Shown: positions 1 through 9,698 of the stretch, piece by piece
Numbering within the stretch: position 1 is the stretch's first letter
How the letters are laid out: the number at the start of each line of letters is the position of its first letter
Assembly: GCF_025465255.1 (NCBI RefSeq)
Contig: NZ_JAODNI010000113.1
Span: forward strand, 15-64,014
DNA: 64,000 bases
Direction of reading: 5' to 3'
Source of the DNA: Pseudonocardia sp.
Lineage (GTDB): Bacteria; Actinomycetota; Actinomycetes; Mycobacteriales; Pseudonocardiaceae
Notes under the pieces: generated by a model
The model's input: the letters and a program-made list of their open reading frames with translations, nothing else
What the model was told of the DNA's origin: nothing
Databases searched by the model: none
Translations under genes and position numbers: made by a program

Positions 1-456
1 GCCGGGCTGCACGTCACGCTCGTCGAACAGCCCTACCGGGTCGCCGGCCGTCGTGCGCCCGCCCCCGCGACGCAGCTGGACGCGGCGTGGCTCGCCGTCG
101 CGGGGTGGGCCGCCGAGGAGTTCGCCGGGCTGCCGTTCCTGTTCGGCGGCCGCAGCTCGGGAGCGCGCGTGGCCTGCCGCAACGCCGCCGAGGGCAAGGC
201 CGTCGCCGTGCTCTGCCTGGCCTTTCCCGTCCATCCGCCGGGAAAGCCGGAGAAGCACCGGCTTGCCGAGCTCGACGGCGTCGAGGTGCCGGTCCTGGTC
301 GTGCAGGGGGAGCGGGACCCGTTCGGGCGCCCGGAACCTGCACCCGGCCGCGAGGTCGTGGTGTTGAAGGGGGACCACGGCCTGAAGGCGGATGTGCCGG
401 GGGTCGGCGCGGCGGTGGGCGAGTGGCTGGAGAAGGTCAGCCCCGGACCGCGATAG
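1..456 (+). CDS. alpha/beta hydrolase family protein (5' partial)
   Basis: Frame 1 is open from the window start: ...[12 protein letters not shown]...[12 protein letters not shown]...[11 protein letters not shown]...QGERDPFG...GDH; nucleophile elbow G-R-S-S-G plus downstream Asp and His. Confidence 0.85.
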   Translation, partial: AGLHVTLVEQPYRVAGRRAPAPATQLDAAWLAVAGWAAEEFAGLPFLFGGRSSGARVACRNAAEGKAVAVLCLAFPVHPPGKPEKHRLAELDGVEVPVLVVQGERDPFGRPEPAPGREVVVLKGDHGLKADVPGVGAAVGEWLEKVSPGPR

Positions 457-916
457 CCGCGGTGCGCGCGCCCGCGAGCGCGACGAGGTCCGCGGGGGCC
501 AGCTCGACCTCGAGGCCGCGGCGTCCGGCGCTGCAGAACACGGTCTCCCACTCCAGGGCGGACGTGTCGAGCACCGTCGCCAGCCGCTTCTTCTGCCCCA
601 GCGGCGAGATCCCGCCCGCGACGTAGCCGGTGGCCCGCTCGGCGGCGGCGACGTCGGCCATCCGCGCCTTCTTCCCACCGACGGCCGCGGCGAGAGCTTT
701 CAGGTCCAGGGTCGTGTCCACCGGCACGATCCCGACGGCCAGCGCGCCGTCCACCTCCGCGACCAGCGTCTTGAACACCCGGCCGGGCTCGAGCTCGAGC
801 GCGACGGCGGCCTCCGGACCGTAGGCCCGGCCGTCGGAGTGGGTGTAGGAGTGCACCCGATGGGTGATCTTCCGCTTCGCCAGCAGCGCGGTCGCCGGCG
901 TCCCCTGCCCTGCCAT
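437..916 (-). CDS. ybaK: Cys-tRNA(Pro) deacylase YbaK/EbsC
   Basis: [12 protein letters not shown]...VFKTLV...[18 protein letters not shown]...[11 protein letters not shown] are YbaK motifs; ATG at 916. Confidence 0.92.
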   Translation of the reverse strand: MAGQGTPATALLAKRKITHRVHSYTHSDGRAYGPEAAVALELEPGRVFKTLVAEVDGALAVGIVPVDTTLDLKALAAAVGGKKARMADVAAAERATGYVAGGISPLGQKKRLATVLDTSALEWETVFCSAGRRGLEVELAPADLVALAGARTAAIAVRG

Positions 917-942
917 GGCTCTCCCTTTTCGGCTGCCCCACG

Positions 943-969
943 GGAATTGCCGGGGGCCCGGACGGCGTT
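943..969 (+). promoter_or_regulatory. SigH/SigR-type autoregulatory promoter (GGAAT-N19-GTT)
   Basis: GGAAT at 943-947 and GTT at 967-969 directly upstream of sigH, matching the established SigH/SigR consensus GGAA...GTT. Confidence 0.65.
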
Positions 970-1138
970 CGGACACTACGTGACACACGCTCTGATGGAA
1001 GCGCCGGCGGTGGCCGAGGCCCACGTCCGGCCGCACCGCCGAAGCGGTGGGCGCGTACTCTCGGCGCCGTCCGCGGTCGCCCGGGCGGCGGATGTCCGGC
1101 CTTCCCCCGGTGGGCCGGTTCCACGGGAGAGGAGCGCG

Positions 1139-1840
1139 GTGCCCGAGGACAGCCCCGAGAACATCGGTGCGGCGCACACAGCTGCGGCGACGGCGGACGC
1201 GGCGACACCCGAGATCGAGGAGCGCCCGGAGGACCGCGCGTCCCCCGGCGAGACGGCCGACGAGCGCACCGCGCGGTTCGAGCGCGACGCCATGCCGATG
1301 CTCGACCAGCTCTACGGTGCCGCGCTGCGGATGACGCGCAACCCCGCGGACGCCGAGGACCTCGTCCAGGAGACGTTCCTCAAGGCGTACTCGGCGTTCC
1401 GGACGTTCCGCGAGGGCACGAACCTCAAGGCCTGGCTGTACCGGATCCTCACCAACACCTACATCAACGGCTACCGCAAGAAGCAGCGCCAGCCGTTGCA
1501 GTCCCCGACGGACGAGATCACGGACTGGCAGCTCGCCCAGGCCAGCGAACACTCGTCGACCGGCCTGCGCTCCGCCGAGGTCGAGGCGATGGACAACCTC
1601 CCGGACTCGGACGTCAAGGAGGCCCTGCAGCGGCTGCCGGAGGACTTCCGGATGGCCGTGTACCTGGCCGACGTCGAGGGCTTCGCCTACAAGGAGATCG
1701 CGGACATCATGGGGACGCCGATCGGCACGGTGATGTCCCGGTTGCACCGCGGGCGTCGCCAGCTGCGCGACATGCTCACCGACACCGCTCGGGAGCGGGG
1801 ATTCATCCGGGGCCAGGTCGAGGAGGTGACCACCCGATGA
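1139..1840 (+). CDS. sigH: ECF sigma factor SigH/SigR (thiol-oxidative stress); possible longer isoform from 980/995
   Basis: [33 protein letters not shown]...[12 protein letters not shown]...[20 protein letters not shown] before GTG 1139; followed by rshA. Confidence 0.95.
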   Translation: MPEDSPENIGAAHTAAATADAATPEIEERPEDRASPGETADERTARFERDAMPMLDQLYGAALRMTRNPADAEDLVQETFLKAYSAFRTFREGTNLKAWLYRILTNTYINGYRKKQRQPLQSPTDEITDWQLAQASEHSSTGLRSAEVEAMDNLPDSDVKEALQRLPEDFRMAVYLADVEGFAYKEIADIMGTPIGTVMSRLHRGRRQLRDMLTDTARERGFIRGQVEEVTTR

Positions 1841-2172
1841 GCTGCGGGAACCACCACGAGACCGATTGCTCCGAGGTGCTCGCAGAGGTGTGGCTCTTCC
1901 TCGACGGCGAGTGCGACCAGGGCCGCAAGAAGCTTCTGGTCCAGCACCTCGACGAGTGCGGGCCGTGCCTCGCGGAGTACGGCATCGACGAGAAGCTGAA
2001 GGCCCTGCTGGCCCGCAAGTGCGGCGGCGAGCAGGCTCCGGACGGCCTCAAGGACCGGCTGCGCCACCAGATCCGCACCCTGGTGCTGGAGCAGGCCGAG
2101 GTGACCGTCGAGTCCGGGCCGGGCGGAACGACCGTCGAGGTCAGGACCACGCGTCGCGAGAGCCGCGGCTGA
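1837..2172 (+). CDS. rshA: mycothiol-system anti-sigma factor RshA/RsrA
   Basis: ZAS motif [12 protein letters not shown] overlap with sigH. Confidence 0.93.
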   Translation: MSCGNHHETDCSEVLAEVWLFLDGECDQGRKKLLVQHLDECGPCLAEYGIDEKLKALLARKCGGEQAPDGLKDRLRHQIRTLVLEQAEVTVESGPGGTTVEVRTTRRESRG

Positions 2173-2206
2173 GACGGCTCGACACACAGGCGCAACCGCG
2201 ACACAG

Positions 2207-2243
2207 CGAAGGGGCGGTACCGGGTACCGGTGCCGCCCCTTCG
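2207..2243. terminator. hairpin between convergent rshA and bL37 genes
   Basis: CGAAGGGGCGGTACCGG-GTA-CCGGTGCCGCCCCTTCG near-perfect stem. Confidence 0.75.
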
Positions 2244-2261
2244 TCGTCGTCACGCTGCGCC

Positions 2262-2336
2262 TCAGCTGTTGGGGCGCTTGCCGTGGTTGGCGCCGTTCTT
2301 CTTGCGGTCGCGCTTCTTGCGTCCACGCTTCGACAT
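2262..2336 (-). CDS. 50S ribosomal protein bL37 (24 aa)
   Basis: MSKRGRKKRDRKKNGANHGKRPNS with strong RBS GAAGGAGG; resembles mycobacterial bL37 and sits in the same position after rshA. Confidence 0.9.
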   Translation of the reverse strand: MSKRGRKKRDRKKNGANHGKRPNS

Positions 2337-2451
2337 GGTCGTACCTCCTTCGTCTGCGGCTGCTCTGCCTTGAGTGTCCCACGTGATTGGATGGGGCCCG
2401 TCCCCAGGCGGTGGGGTGCGCGCGGCGACGAGGAACGGCGGGTCCGAACGG

Positions 2452-3951
2452 GTGTCCACACTGAGCGACCTGCTGGCCGAGCACACACACCTCCCCGGGG
2501 ATGCGGTGGACCATCTCCAGCGTGTCGTCGCGGAGTGGCAACTGCTCGCCGACATGTCGTTCGCGGACTTCCTGCTGTGGATCCCGCTGCCCCAGGACGC
2601 GGACCAGTCGATGACCAGCGCGCCCGTCGAGTTCCTCTGCGTCGCGCAGGCCCGCCCGACCACGGGGCCCACCGCGCACCCCGAGGACACGGTGACCCAG
2701 CGGGTGTCCCCGCAGGACAACCCGCAGCTGCGCCGGGCGGTCGTCGAGGGCCGGATCTGCCGCGAGGAGGAGCCGCGCTGGAACCTCGAAGTCCCGGTGC
2801 GCCGCGAGACCATCCCCGTGCGCTTCAACGGCCGGGTGCTGGCGGTGCTCTCCCGGGACACGAACCTCGCGATGCCGCGGGTGCCGAGCCCGATGGAGAT
2901 CGCCTACCTCGGCTGCGCCTCGGACCTGTGCCAGATGATCGCGGACGGCACGTTCCCGTCGCCGTCCGCCGTGGCCGGCGCGGACACCAGCCCGCGCGCC
3001 GGTGACGGGATGATCCGCCTCGACGCCCACGGCCTCGTCGCCTACGCCAGCCCCAACGCGCTCTCGGCCTACCACCGGATGGGCCATGCGAGCGACCTCG
3101 TCGGCCTCCCGCTGGGCGCGGCCACCAAGCAGCTGGTCGGGGACCCGTTCGACGCGGTCGAGGTCGCGAGCCGCATCCAGGCGGCGCTGGACGGCCGGAC
3201 GTCGATGCGCATGGAGGTCCGGGCCCGGGGCGCCACGATGCTGGTCCGGGCCCTCCCGCTGCGCCCACGGGGCGACGCGGCGGGCGCGCTCGTGCTCGTC
3301 CGGGACATCACGGACCTTCGCCGGCGGGACCAGGCGCTGCTCACCAAGGACGCGACGATCCGGGAGATCCACCACCGGGTCAAGAACAACCTGCAGACGG
3401 TCGCGGCGCTGCTGCGGCTGCAGGCGCGCCGGACGTCGATCCCGGAGGCCAAGCAGGCGCTCTCGGAGAGCGTCCGCCGGGTGACGTCGATCGCGCTGGT
3501 CCACGAGGCCCTGGCCTACTCGCTCGCCGAGCAGGTCGACCTCGACGAGCTGGTGGACACCGTGCTGCCGGTGATCGGGGACGGCGCCACGGCCGAGGTG
3601 CGGGCGAAGGTCCGCCGGGACGGCTCGCTCGGCACGCTCAACTCCGCGATGGCGACCCCGCTCGTCCTCGTGCTCACCGAGCTGGTGCACAACGCCCTGG
3701 CCCACGGCTTCGACGCCGGTCAGGCGGGTGAGGTCGTCGTCAGGGCCCGCCGTTCGGCCGGCCGGCTCGAGGTGATCGTGGCCGACGACGGCCGGGGCAT
3801 GCCGGACGACTTCGACTACGACCGGTCCGACGGTCTGGGCCTGCAGATCGTCCGCACGCTGCTGACGGAACTGGACTCCCACCTGGTGGTCCGGGCCCGC
3901 GAGGGGGGCGGAACCGAGGCCCTCATCACGGTCCCGATGGCGGGGCGATAA
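2452..3951 (+). CDS. pdtaS: cytoplasmic sensor histidine kinase PdtaS (GAF-PAS-HisKA_2)
   Basis: Starts (V)STLSDLLAEHT; H-box EIHHRVKNNLQ; N-box ELVHNAL; DDGRG and GLGL boxes; synteny with whiB1. Confidence 0.92.
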   Translation: MSTLSDLLAEHTHLPGDAVDHLQRVVAEWQLLADMSFADFLLWIPLPQDADQSMTSAPVEFLCVAQARPTTGPTAHPEDTVTQRVSPQDNPQLRRAVVEGRICREEEPRWNLEVPVRRETIPVRFNGRVLAVLSRDTNLAMPRVPSPMEIAYLGCASDLCQMIADGTFPSPSAVAGADTSPRAGDGMIRLDAHGLVAYASPNALSAYHRMGHASDLVGLPLGAATKQLVGDPFDAVEVASRIQAALDGRTSMRMEVRARGATMLVRALPLRPRGDAAGALVLVRDITDLRRRDQALLTKDATIREIHHRVKNNLQTVAALLRLQARRTSIPEAKQALSESVRRVTSIALVHEALAYSLAEQVDLDELVDTVLPVIGDGATAEVRAKVRRDGSLGTLNSAMATPLVLVLTELVHNALAHGFDAGQAGEVVVRARRSAGRLEVIVADDGRGMPDDFDYDRSDGLGLQIVRTLLTELDSHLVVRAREGGGTEALITVPMAGR

Positions 3952-4183
3952 CCTTCTCGTGTGATCGCTGATCCCGGTGCCGTGGTCGCGCCGGTGCCGT
4001 GGTCGACGGTCTCCCGGTCCGGAGCTGCACGCCACAGCGAGCGCCCGGACAACACATCGCGGGCCCGTTGCCGGTGGCGTCCGGCTACGGGCCCGCGATT
4101 GGGAAGCGAGATGCTGTTGTCCCGAGAGGTTCGGGGGTGTGAACTTCTTCTTCAGGTGCCCGGGTCGTCCGGGCTGTCGATGC

Positions 4184-4435
4184 TCAGGCCGTGCGAGCGC
4201 GGGTCCGAGCGTTGCGCCGCTTCAGCGCACGTCGCTCGTCCTCGCTCATGCCGCCCCACACACCCGCGTCCTGGCCACTCTCGAGGGCCCAGGCAAGGCA
4301 CTCGGTGACCACGGGGCAGCGGCGGCACACGGTCTTGGCCTCGGCGATCTGCAGAAGGGCCGGGCCGCTCGTCCCCACGGGGAAGAACAGCTCGGGGTCC
4401 TCGTCGCGGCAGATCGCGTGGTGACGCCAATCCAT
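4184..4435 (-). CDS. whiB1: WhiB family Fe-S regulator WhiB1/WblE
   Basis: MDWRHHAICRDEDPELFFPVG...CRRCPVVTECLAWAL...GVWGG; four Cys and GVWGG. Confidence 0.95.
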   Translation of the reverse strand: MDWRHHAICRDEDPELFFPVGTSGPALLQIAEAKTVCRRCPVVTECLAWALESGQDAGVWGGMSEDERRALKRRNARTRARTA

Positions 4436-4502
4436 GGTGTTTCTGCTCCTCGTACTGCGCGATCGGGGTCGCGCCGATCGTCCGTCACGGTGTTTCCGCG
4501 CT

Positions 4503-4569
4503 TGTGAATGGTTTCACGAGCGCGGTCGGTCTTCAAGGGACAAGGTCCATCCAGGTGAGGCGACTCACC
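4503..4569. promoter_or_regulatory. two CRP-like palindromes upstream of whiB1
   Basis: TGTGA-ATGGTT-TCACG (4503-4518) and GGTGA-GGCGAC-TCACC (4554-4569) fit TGTGA-N6-TCACA. Confidence 0.6.
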
Positions 4570-4917
4570 CACACCTCGCAACGATGACCGACACGATCGG
4601 TTACTGCATCGGTCAACCGCTACGACGAGCTATCAGTGTCCCTGCCCGACGGAAACCGGGATACCCGTTTCCCGTCGGACCATGCGAGGAAAATTCCCCC
4701 GCTGTCCCTCGGTGTCGCAGGACCTACCTTGGATCACCGTTTGGCCTGGTGCGAGCCCCTTGCGGCTCGGCGGTCCGTTCGTCGCGGTGAATGGACGGAT
4801 GCCGTCACCCAGCGGGGTGATCATGCCGTTCGGACTGCGACGAGCTGTGCCTCTCGTACGACGACGCGTAGCGGCGCCGCTGCACAGGGTCAACGCCCGG
4901 AGGGCCCGGAACCTTCC

Positions 4918-5874
4918 TCAGACGACCACGCGCAGCACATCGGGCACGGACACGAACTCGACGTCGGTGCGCGAGCCCAGGTGGTCCCCGTCGAGCTGCA
5001 GGGCCAGCGGCTCGGCGCTGCGGATGCGCACGAGCGGCACGGCGTCCTGGCGAAGGACGTTGCGGCCGTGAGGATTGCCCTCGCGGGCGAGCAGGTGCGA
5101 CAGCGCGTGCGCGATCGTCGGCAGGCCGAGGTGGCGCAGGGCGAACAACGCCAGGCCGCCGCTGAACGACGCCCCGGGGTTCGTCCGCACCGCTCGGCCG
5201 TTCAGGTAGGTCCAGGGGTCGGTGTTGCTCACGAACGCCATCCGCACGTCCTCGACGGGTGCGGCGCCCGGGATCTCGACGGTCATCGACGGAGGGTTGC
5301 GGCGCTGCCGGACGTACTCGGAGAAGGCGGTGCGGAAGTAGCGGCCGGGGGAGGCCTCCCGGCCGTCGGCGCGGGCCCGTTCGACCGCGGCGACGACGTC
5401 CGCGTCCCAGCCCAGGCCGGCGTTGAAGGTGAACCAGCGGTCGTCCGCCCGGCCGAGGCCGACGAGCCGGCTGCGCCTCGCCTCGAGCGCCGCCAGGATC
5501 GCGCCCGTGGCCTCCACCGGGTCCCGGGGCATGCCGAGGGCGCGGGCGAAGACGTTGGCGGAACCGCCGGGCACGACGGCGAGCGCGGGCGTCTCGGCGT
5601 CCGCGGGGGTGACGTCGATGCCCGAGCCGTCCGCGCGGGTCCGGTGCCGCACCAGGCCGTTGACGACCTCGTTGACCGTCCCGTCCCCGCCGAGGGCGAC
5701 GACCAGCTCGATCCCGGCCGCGACGGCCTCCGCGGTGGCCTCCGCGGCGTGCCCGCGGTAGGCGGTCTGCAGGACGTCCAGCTTCAGCTCGCTGGCGAGC
5801 GCGTGCGCGAGCACGTCCCGACCCGCCGGGGTCGTCGACGTCGCCCGGGGGTTGACCACGAGGAGCGCGCGCAC
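4918..5874 (-). CDS. diacylglycerol/lipid kinase family protein
   Basis: LVVNPRA...GGDGTVNEVVNG...PGGSANVFARALG...FNAGLG...QLDGD. Confidence 0.9.
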   Translation of the reverse strand: MRALLVVNPRATSTTPAGRDVLAHALASELKLDVLQTAYRGHAAEATAEAVAAGIELVVALGGDGTVNEVVNGLVRHRTRADGSGIDVTPADAETPALAVVPGGSANVFARALGMPRDPVEATGAILAALEARRSRLVGLGRADDRWFTFNAGLGWDADVVAAVERARADGREASPGRYFRTAFSEYVRQRRNPPSMTVEIPGAAPVEDVRMAFVSNTDPWTYLNGRAVRTNPGASFSGGLALFALRHLGLPTIAHALSHLLAREGNPHGRNVLRQDAVPLVRIRSAEPLALQLDGDHLGSRTDVEFVSVPDVLRVVV

Positions 5875-5907
5875 ACCACGAGGGTATCCCGGCCTATTCT
5901 CGGGCCC

Positions 5908-6339
5908 GTGACGTCCGACCAGCCCGCGCCCCGCCCGGCCCCGGAACAGCCCGTGCGACCGCCCCGTCAGGTGCTCCTGGCCGGCGGGATCGTCGGGGCC
6001 CAGGGGCTGGTCGGCGTCGCGGTCGCGCTGGTGTTCCTGGTGCGGGCCATCGGTTCCGGTGCCCCGGGAGCCGGGATCGCGGAAGCCGTGTACTTCCTGC
6101 TCGTGGGCGGCGCGGTGCTCTTCGCCGGGACGGGGCTGCTGCGGGGGAAGCGCTGGGCGCGCACGCCGGCGATCGTCGCCCAGCTGTTGCTGCTGCCCGT
6201 CGTCTACTCGTTGATCGGGCCGTCGCAGCAGCTGGTCCTGGGGATCCTCGCCGGCCTCGTCGTGATCGGGACGTTCCTGCTGCTGATCAGCGAGCCGTCC
6301 CGGACCTGGTCGATGGACCTGTTCGGGGACGACGGCTGA
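5908..6339 (+). CDS. conserved integral membrane protein (about 4 TM)
   Basis: Hydrophobic segments with WARTPAIVAQLLLLPV; TATTCT -10 box 7 nt before the GTG. Confidence 0.8.
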   Translation: MTSDQPAPRPAPEQPVRPPRQVLLAGGIVGAQGLVGVAVALVFLVRAIGSGAPGAGIAEAVYFLLVGGAVLFAGTGLLRGKRWARTPAIVAQLLLLPVVYSLIGPSQQLVLGILAGLVVIGTFLLLISEPSRTWSMDLFGDDG

Positions 6340-6351
6340 CCAGGGTCCGTC

Positions 6352-6840
6352 CTAGCCGCCGAGCTCGGCCAGCGGCTCGCCCGTGAGCCGGTAGGTCGTC
6401 CAGCCGTCCATGCCCACGGCGCCGATCGCGCGGTAGAAGGCGATGGAGGGGGCGTTCCAGTCCAGCACGGACCACTCCAACCGGGCGTACCCCCGCTCGA
6501 CGCAGAGGGCCGCCAGGGCGGCCAGCAGGGCCTTGCCCAGGCCGGCCCCACGGTGGGCCGGCTGCACGTAGAGGTCCTCGAGGTGGATCCCGTGGACGCC
6601 CTCCCAGGTGGAGAAGTTCAGGAACCACAGCGCGCACCCCACGATGACGCCGTCACGGACCGCGACGTGCGCGAAGAGCGCCGGATCGGGCCCGAACAGG
6701 GCGGTGTGCAGCTGCGACGGCGTCAGCCGGCACTCCTCGCGCAGCTTCTCGTACTCGGCCAGCTCCTCGACGAGGCCCACGATCGCGGGCACGTCGCCCG
6801 GTTCGGCCCGTCTGATGCCGTTCGTCATCTCCTGCGTCAC
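6352..6840 (-). CDS. GNAT N-acetyltransferase (SSAT-like)
   Basis: ELAEYEK...NFSTWEG...LEDLYV...HRGAGLGKAL...VLDWNAPSIAFY. Confidence 0.9.
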   Translation of the reverse strand: MTQEMTNGIRRAEPGDVPAIVGLVEELAEYEKLREECRLTPSQLHTALFGPDPALFAHVAVRDGVIVGCALWFLNFSTWEGVHGIHLEDLYVQPAHRGAGLGKALLAALAALCVERGYARLEWSVLDWNAPSIAFYRAIGAVGMDGWTTYRLTGEPLAELGG

Positions 6841-6948
6841 GCCTTACCGTAACTGCGCGTCATCGGCCTAGTCTCTTCGGCTGAACGGAGCAACTTCGGC
6901 CCTGCTCGCTCGTCTTCTCCGGTGGGGACAGCGGCGGAAAGGTGATCG

Positions 6949-7449
6949 ATGGGTAGGCACAGCAGGTCGGGCAGGGCGCGCACGGCGCTCGCCGCGGGGT
7001 CGCTCGCGGCGGTCGGGATCGTCGCGATCCTCGCCGGTCCGGCCGCGCAGGCGGCGACCACGTCGCCCGCGGGCTCCGCAGCTCCCGCGCGCGTGGCGGG
7101 GACGCCGTGCACGGCGAGCGCCCACGCGTGCGTCGACCTCACGCTCAAGCAGGCCTGGCTGATCGCCGACGGCACGGTGACCCGCGGTCCTGTGCGGATC
7201 GAGCCCGGCGACGCGCAGGACCCCACCCCCGTCGGCACCTTCGACGTCCAGTGGAAGGACCAGAACCACGTCAGCGACATGCCCAACCGCGCGCCGATGC
7301 CGTTCTCGGTGTTCTTCGCCGACGGCGGCGTCGCCTTCCACGAGGGCAGCATGACCAACCCGTCCTACGGTTGCGTGCACCTGCAGCACGACGACGCGGT
7401 GGCGTTCTTCAACACCCTGCAGGTGGGGGACGAGGTCCAGGTCCACTGA
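6949..7449 (+). CDS. secreted L,D-transpeptidase (YkuD) family protein
   Basis: Signal peptide; TPVGTF...MPFSVFF...AFHEGS...SYGCVHL. Confidence 0.85.
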   Translation: MGRHSRSGRARTALAAGSLAAVGIVAILAGPAAQAATTSPAGSAAPARVAGTPCTASAHACVDLTLKQAWLIADGTVTRGPVRIEPGDAQDPTPVGTFDVQWKDQNHVSDMPNRAPMPFSVFFADGGVAFHEGSMTNPSYGCVHLQHDDAVAFFNTLQVGDEVQVH

Positions 7450-7458
7450 GCCTGCCGG

Positions 7459-8064
7459 TCAGGGCAGGCGGAGGTTGACGTGGTCGAGCCTCGGCTCGCT
7501 CCGCTCGTCGCCCAGCACGCTCCACGCCGCGGGGTCCATGGCCAGGTGCGCACCGCCCGCTGGCGGGAGGCCGATCCAGCGGGCCATGAGGACGCGGCTG
7601 AAGTGGCCGTGCCCGACGAGGACGACGTCGCCCTCCGACCGCAGCGAGCGGACGTCCGTGAGCACCGCGTCCGCGCGGGCGCCGACCTGCTCGGCGGACT
7701 CGCCGCCGGGCGTCGGGTGGCTCCAGACCGTCCAGCCGGGGTCCGTGCGGCGGATCTCGGGCGTGGTGAGGCCCTCGTAGTCCCCGTAGTCCCACTCGAC
7801 GAGCCGCTCGTCGACGGCGTCGGGGGTGAGGCCCGCGAGCTTGGCGGTCTCCTGGGCCCGGCTCCGCGGGCTCACCAGCACGCGGACGGGCGGCGGCGAG
7901 TCGCCGCGGAGCGCGGCGAACGTACGGCCGGCGGCACGGGCGAGCTCCCGTCCTCGGTCCGTGAGCGGGATGTCCGTGCGGCCGGTGTGCTTGCCGGTCG
8001 CCGACCACTCCGTCTCGCCGTGCCGGAGCAGGAACAGCCGGCCCTGGCTGTCGTTCGAGGCCAC
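7459..8064 (-). CDS. histidine phosphatase family (acid phosphatase, Gpm2-like)
   Basis: LRHGETEWS...HTGRTD...EWDYGDYEG...GHGHFSR. Confidence 0.9.
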   Translation of the reverse strand: MASNDSQGRLFLLRHGETEWSATGKHTGRTDIPLTDRGRELARAAGRTFAALRGDSPPPVRVLVSPRSRAQETAKLAGLTPDAVDERLVEWDYGDYEGLTTPEIRRTDPGWTVWSHPTPGGESAEQVGARADAVLTDVRSLRSEGDVVLVGHGHFSRVLMARWIGLPPAGGAHLAMDPAAWSVLGDERSEPRLDHVNLRLP

Positions 8065-8329
8065 GGGGACGAGGCTAGTGCTCCGGAGGTGTCGACGCCG
8101 GATCCCGCGGGGGGACGCGACGCCGTCGTCGTCACCCTGCGCAGGTGACAGGCGGGCGCCTCCGCCGCCTGAAAGCCCGATCTTCCGTTCGCCACGGATC
8201 GATACCTCCGTACAGCAGCAGGTTGCTCGGCGGACGGCGTCAATGCTTGCGTCCGAAAGCAGGTGCCCTCTACCTCGGGGAATCGCTATCGGGTAGTCTG
8301 TGGATCACCCAGCGTGAGGAGTCGGACCA

Positions 8330-8950
8330 ATGACCGGTCGTACGCTCGACCGGGTCATGGTCGGGATGCTCGAGGCGTGCTGCCGCAAGCTGTGGGGGTT
8401 CGCCCCGGCGATGATCCCGAAGATCGTCGGGCGCAAGGGCGCGTTCGGCGCCCTCGGGTGGTTCATCGCGAACATGCCGCGCTACCTGGTCTCGCTCTAC
8501 GTCCTCGGGCCGGTGCGGTTCCACCTGGCCGGCATGGCGATCTCGCTCTACAACAACTGCGTCTACTGCGCGTTCGGCCACGGCTACGCCCTGGAGCTCG
8601 TCTTCCTCCGGGAAAAGGGCCGCCTGTTCCCGCTGGATGCGCGCACGCTCGAGGACTGGCTGCATCTCGAGCCCCGTCAGCTCGAGGACCGGCTGCGCGC
8701 CGTCCTGCACGAGGCCGGCCTGCACGCCGAGAGCATGTGGGTGGACCGCACGCTCGCGCTGGCGTCCGGGGACCAGCAGCCGGTCGACGGCACCGAGGCG
8801 CGGCTCGCCCACATGGTCCGGATGCTCGGCACGATGAACCGGATCGCGATCGAGTCCGGGTGCGTACCGGACCAGGCGCAGAACCCGGTGAACAAGAACC
8901 TGGTCGTCAAGGCCCGGCACACCGAGCTCCGCGCCGCCGCCAGCGTCTGA
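8330..8950 (+). CDS. AhpD/carboxymuconolactone decarboxylase-like protein
   Basis: AISLYNNCVYCAFGHG resembles the AhpD-core CxxC..H motif; RBS GAGGAG. Confidence 0.6.
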   Translation: MTGRTLDRVMVGMLEACCRKLWGFAPAMIPKIVGRKGAFGALGWFIANMPRYLVSLYVLGPVRFHLAGMAISLYNNCVYCAFGHGYALELVFLREKGRLFPLDARTLEDWLHLEPRQLEDRLRAVLHEAGLHAESMWVDRTLALASGDQQPVDGTEARLAHMVRMLGTMNRIAIESGCVPDQAQNPVNKNLVVKARHTELRAAASV

Positions 8951-8959
8951 CCCGGCGCC

Positions 8960-9598
8960 CTACGCCGGCCGCGCCCGGTCGGTGAGCAGGCGGACGGCGA
9001 GCGCCGCGAGCACGGTCCCCATCAGGTAGCGCTGAACCCGCAGCCAGGACGGGCGCCGTCCGAGGAACGCCGCGAGGCTGCCCGCGCTCAGCACGATCAG
9101 GCCGTTCACCGTGAGCGCGACGGCGATCTGCAGGGCACCCAGCGTCAGGCTCTGCAGCGCGACGGAGCCGCGGGCCGGGTCCACGAACTGCGGCAGCAAT
9201 GCCACGTACAGCACGGCGATCTTCGGGTTGAGCAGGTTCGTGACCAGGCCCATCGTGAACAGGCGGCGGGTGGAGTCCGATTCGACGTGCGCGGGGACGA
9301 AGACGTTCGTGCCGCCCGGCCACACCGCCTGCCAGGCCAGGTAGAGCAGGTACGCCGCACCGGTGACCGTCAGGACCAGGTGGGCCGCCGGTACCGCGGT
9401 GAAGACGACGGCGAGCCCGGCGGTCGCGGCGGCCAGGTACACCCCGAACCCGGCGGCGACCCCGAGCAGGGACACGAGACCCGCGCGCCTGCCCTGGGTG
9501 ATCGAGCGCGACACCAGGTACATCATGTTCGGCCCGGGCGTGAGGACCAGCCCGAGCGCGACGGCGACGATCCCTGCTGCGGCACCCGCGGTCACCAT
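8960..9598 (-). CDS. LysE/RhtB family translocator
   Basis: LTPGPNMMYLVSRS...GAAYLLYLAW...TNLLNPK. Confidence 0.9.
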   Translation of the reverse strand: MVTAGAAAGIVAVALGLVLTPGPNMMYLVSRSITQGRRAGLVSLLGVAAGFGVYLAAATAGLAVVFTAVPAAHLVLTVTGAAYLLYLAWQAVWPGGTNVFVPAHVESDSTRRLFTMGLVTNLLNPKIAVLYVALLPQFVDPARGSVALQSLTLGALQIAVALTVNGLIVLSAGSLAAFLGRRPSWLRVQRYLMGTVLAALAVRLLTDRARPA

Positions 9599-9698
9599 GC
9601 GTCGAGCCTCGCCGATCGAGCCGGCGACCGCGAGCGAGTTCCCCGAGGAGTCCGGGTCACGGCCCCGGGCGTCCACCCGCCCTCGGTATCGTCCGGAC

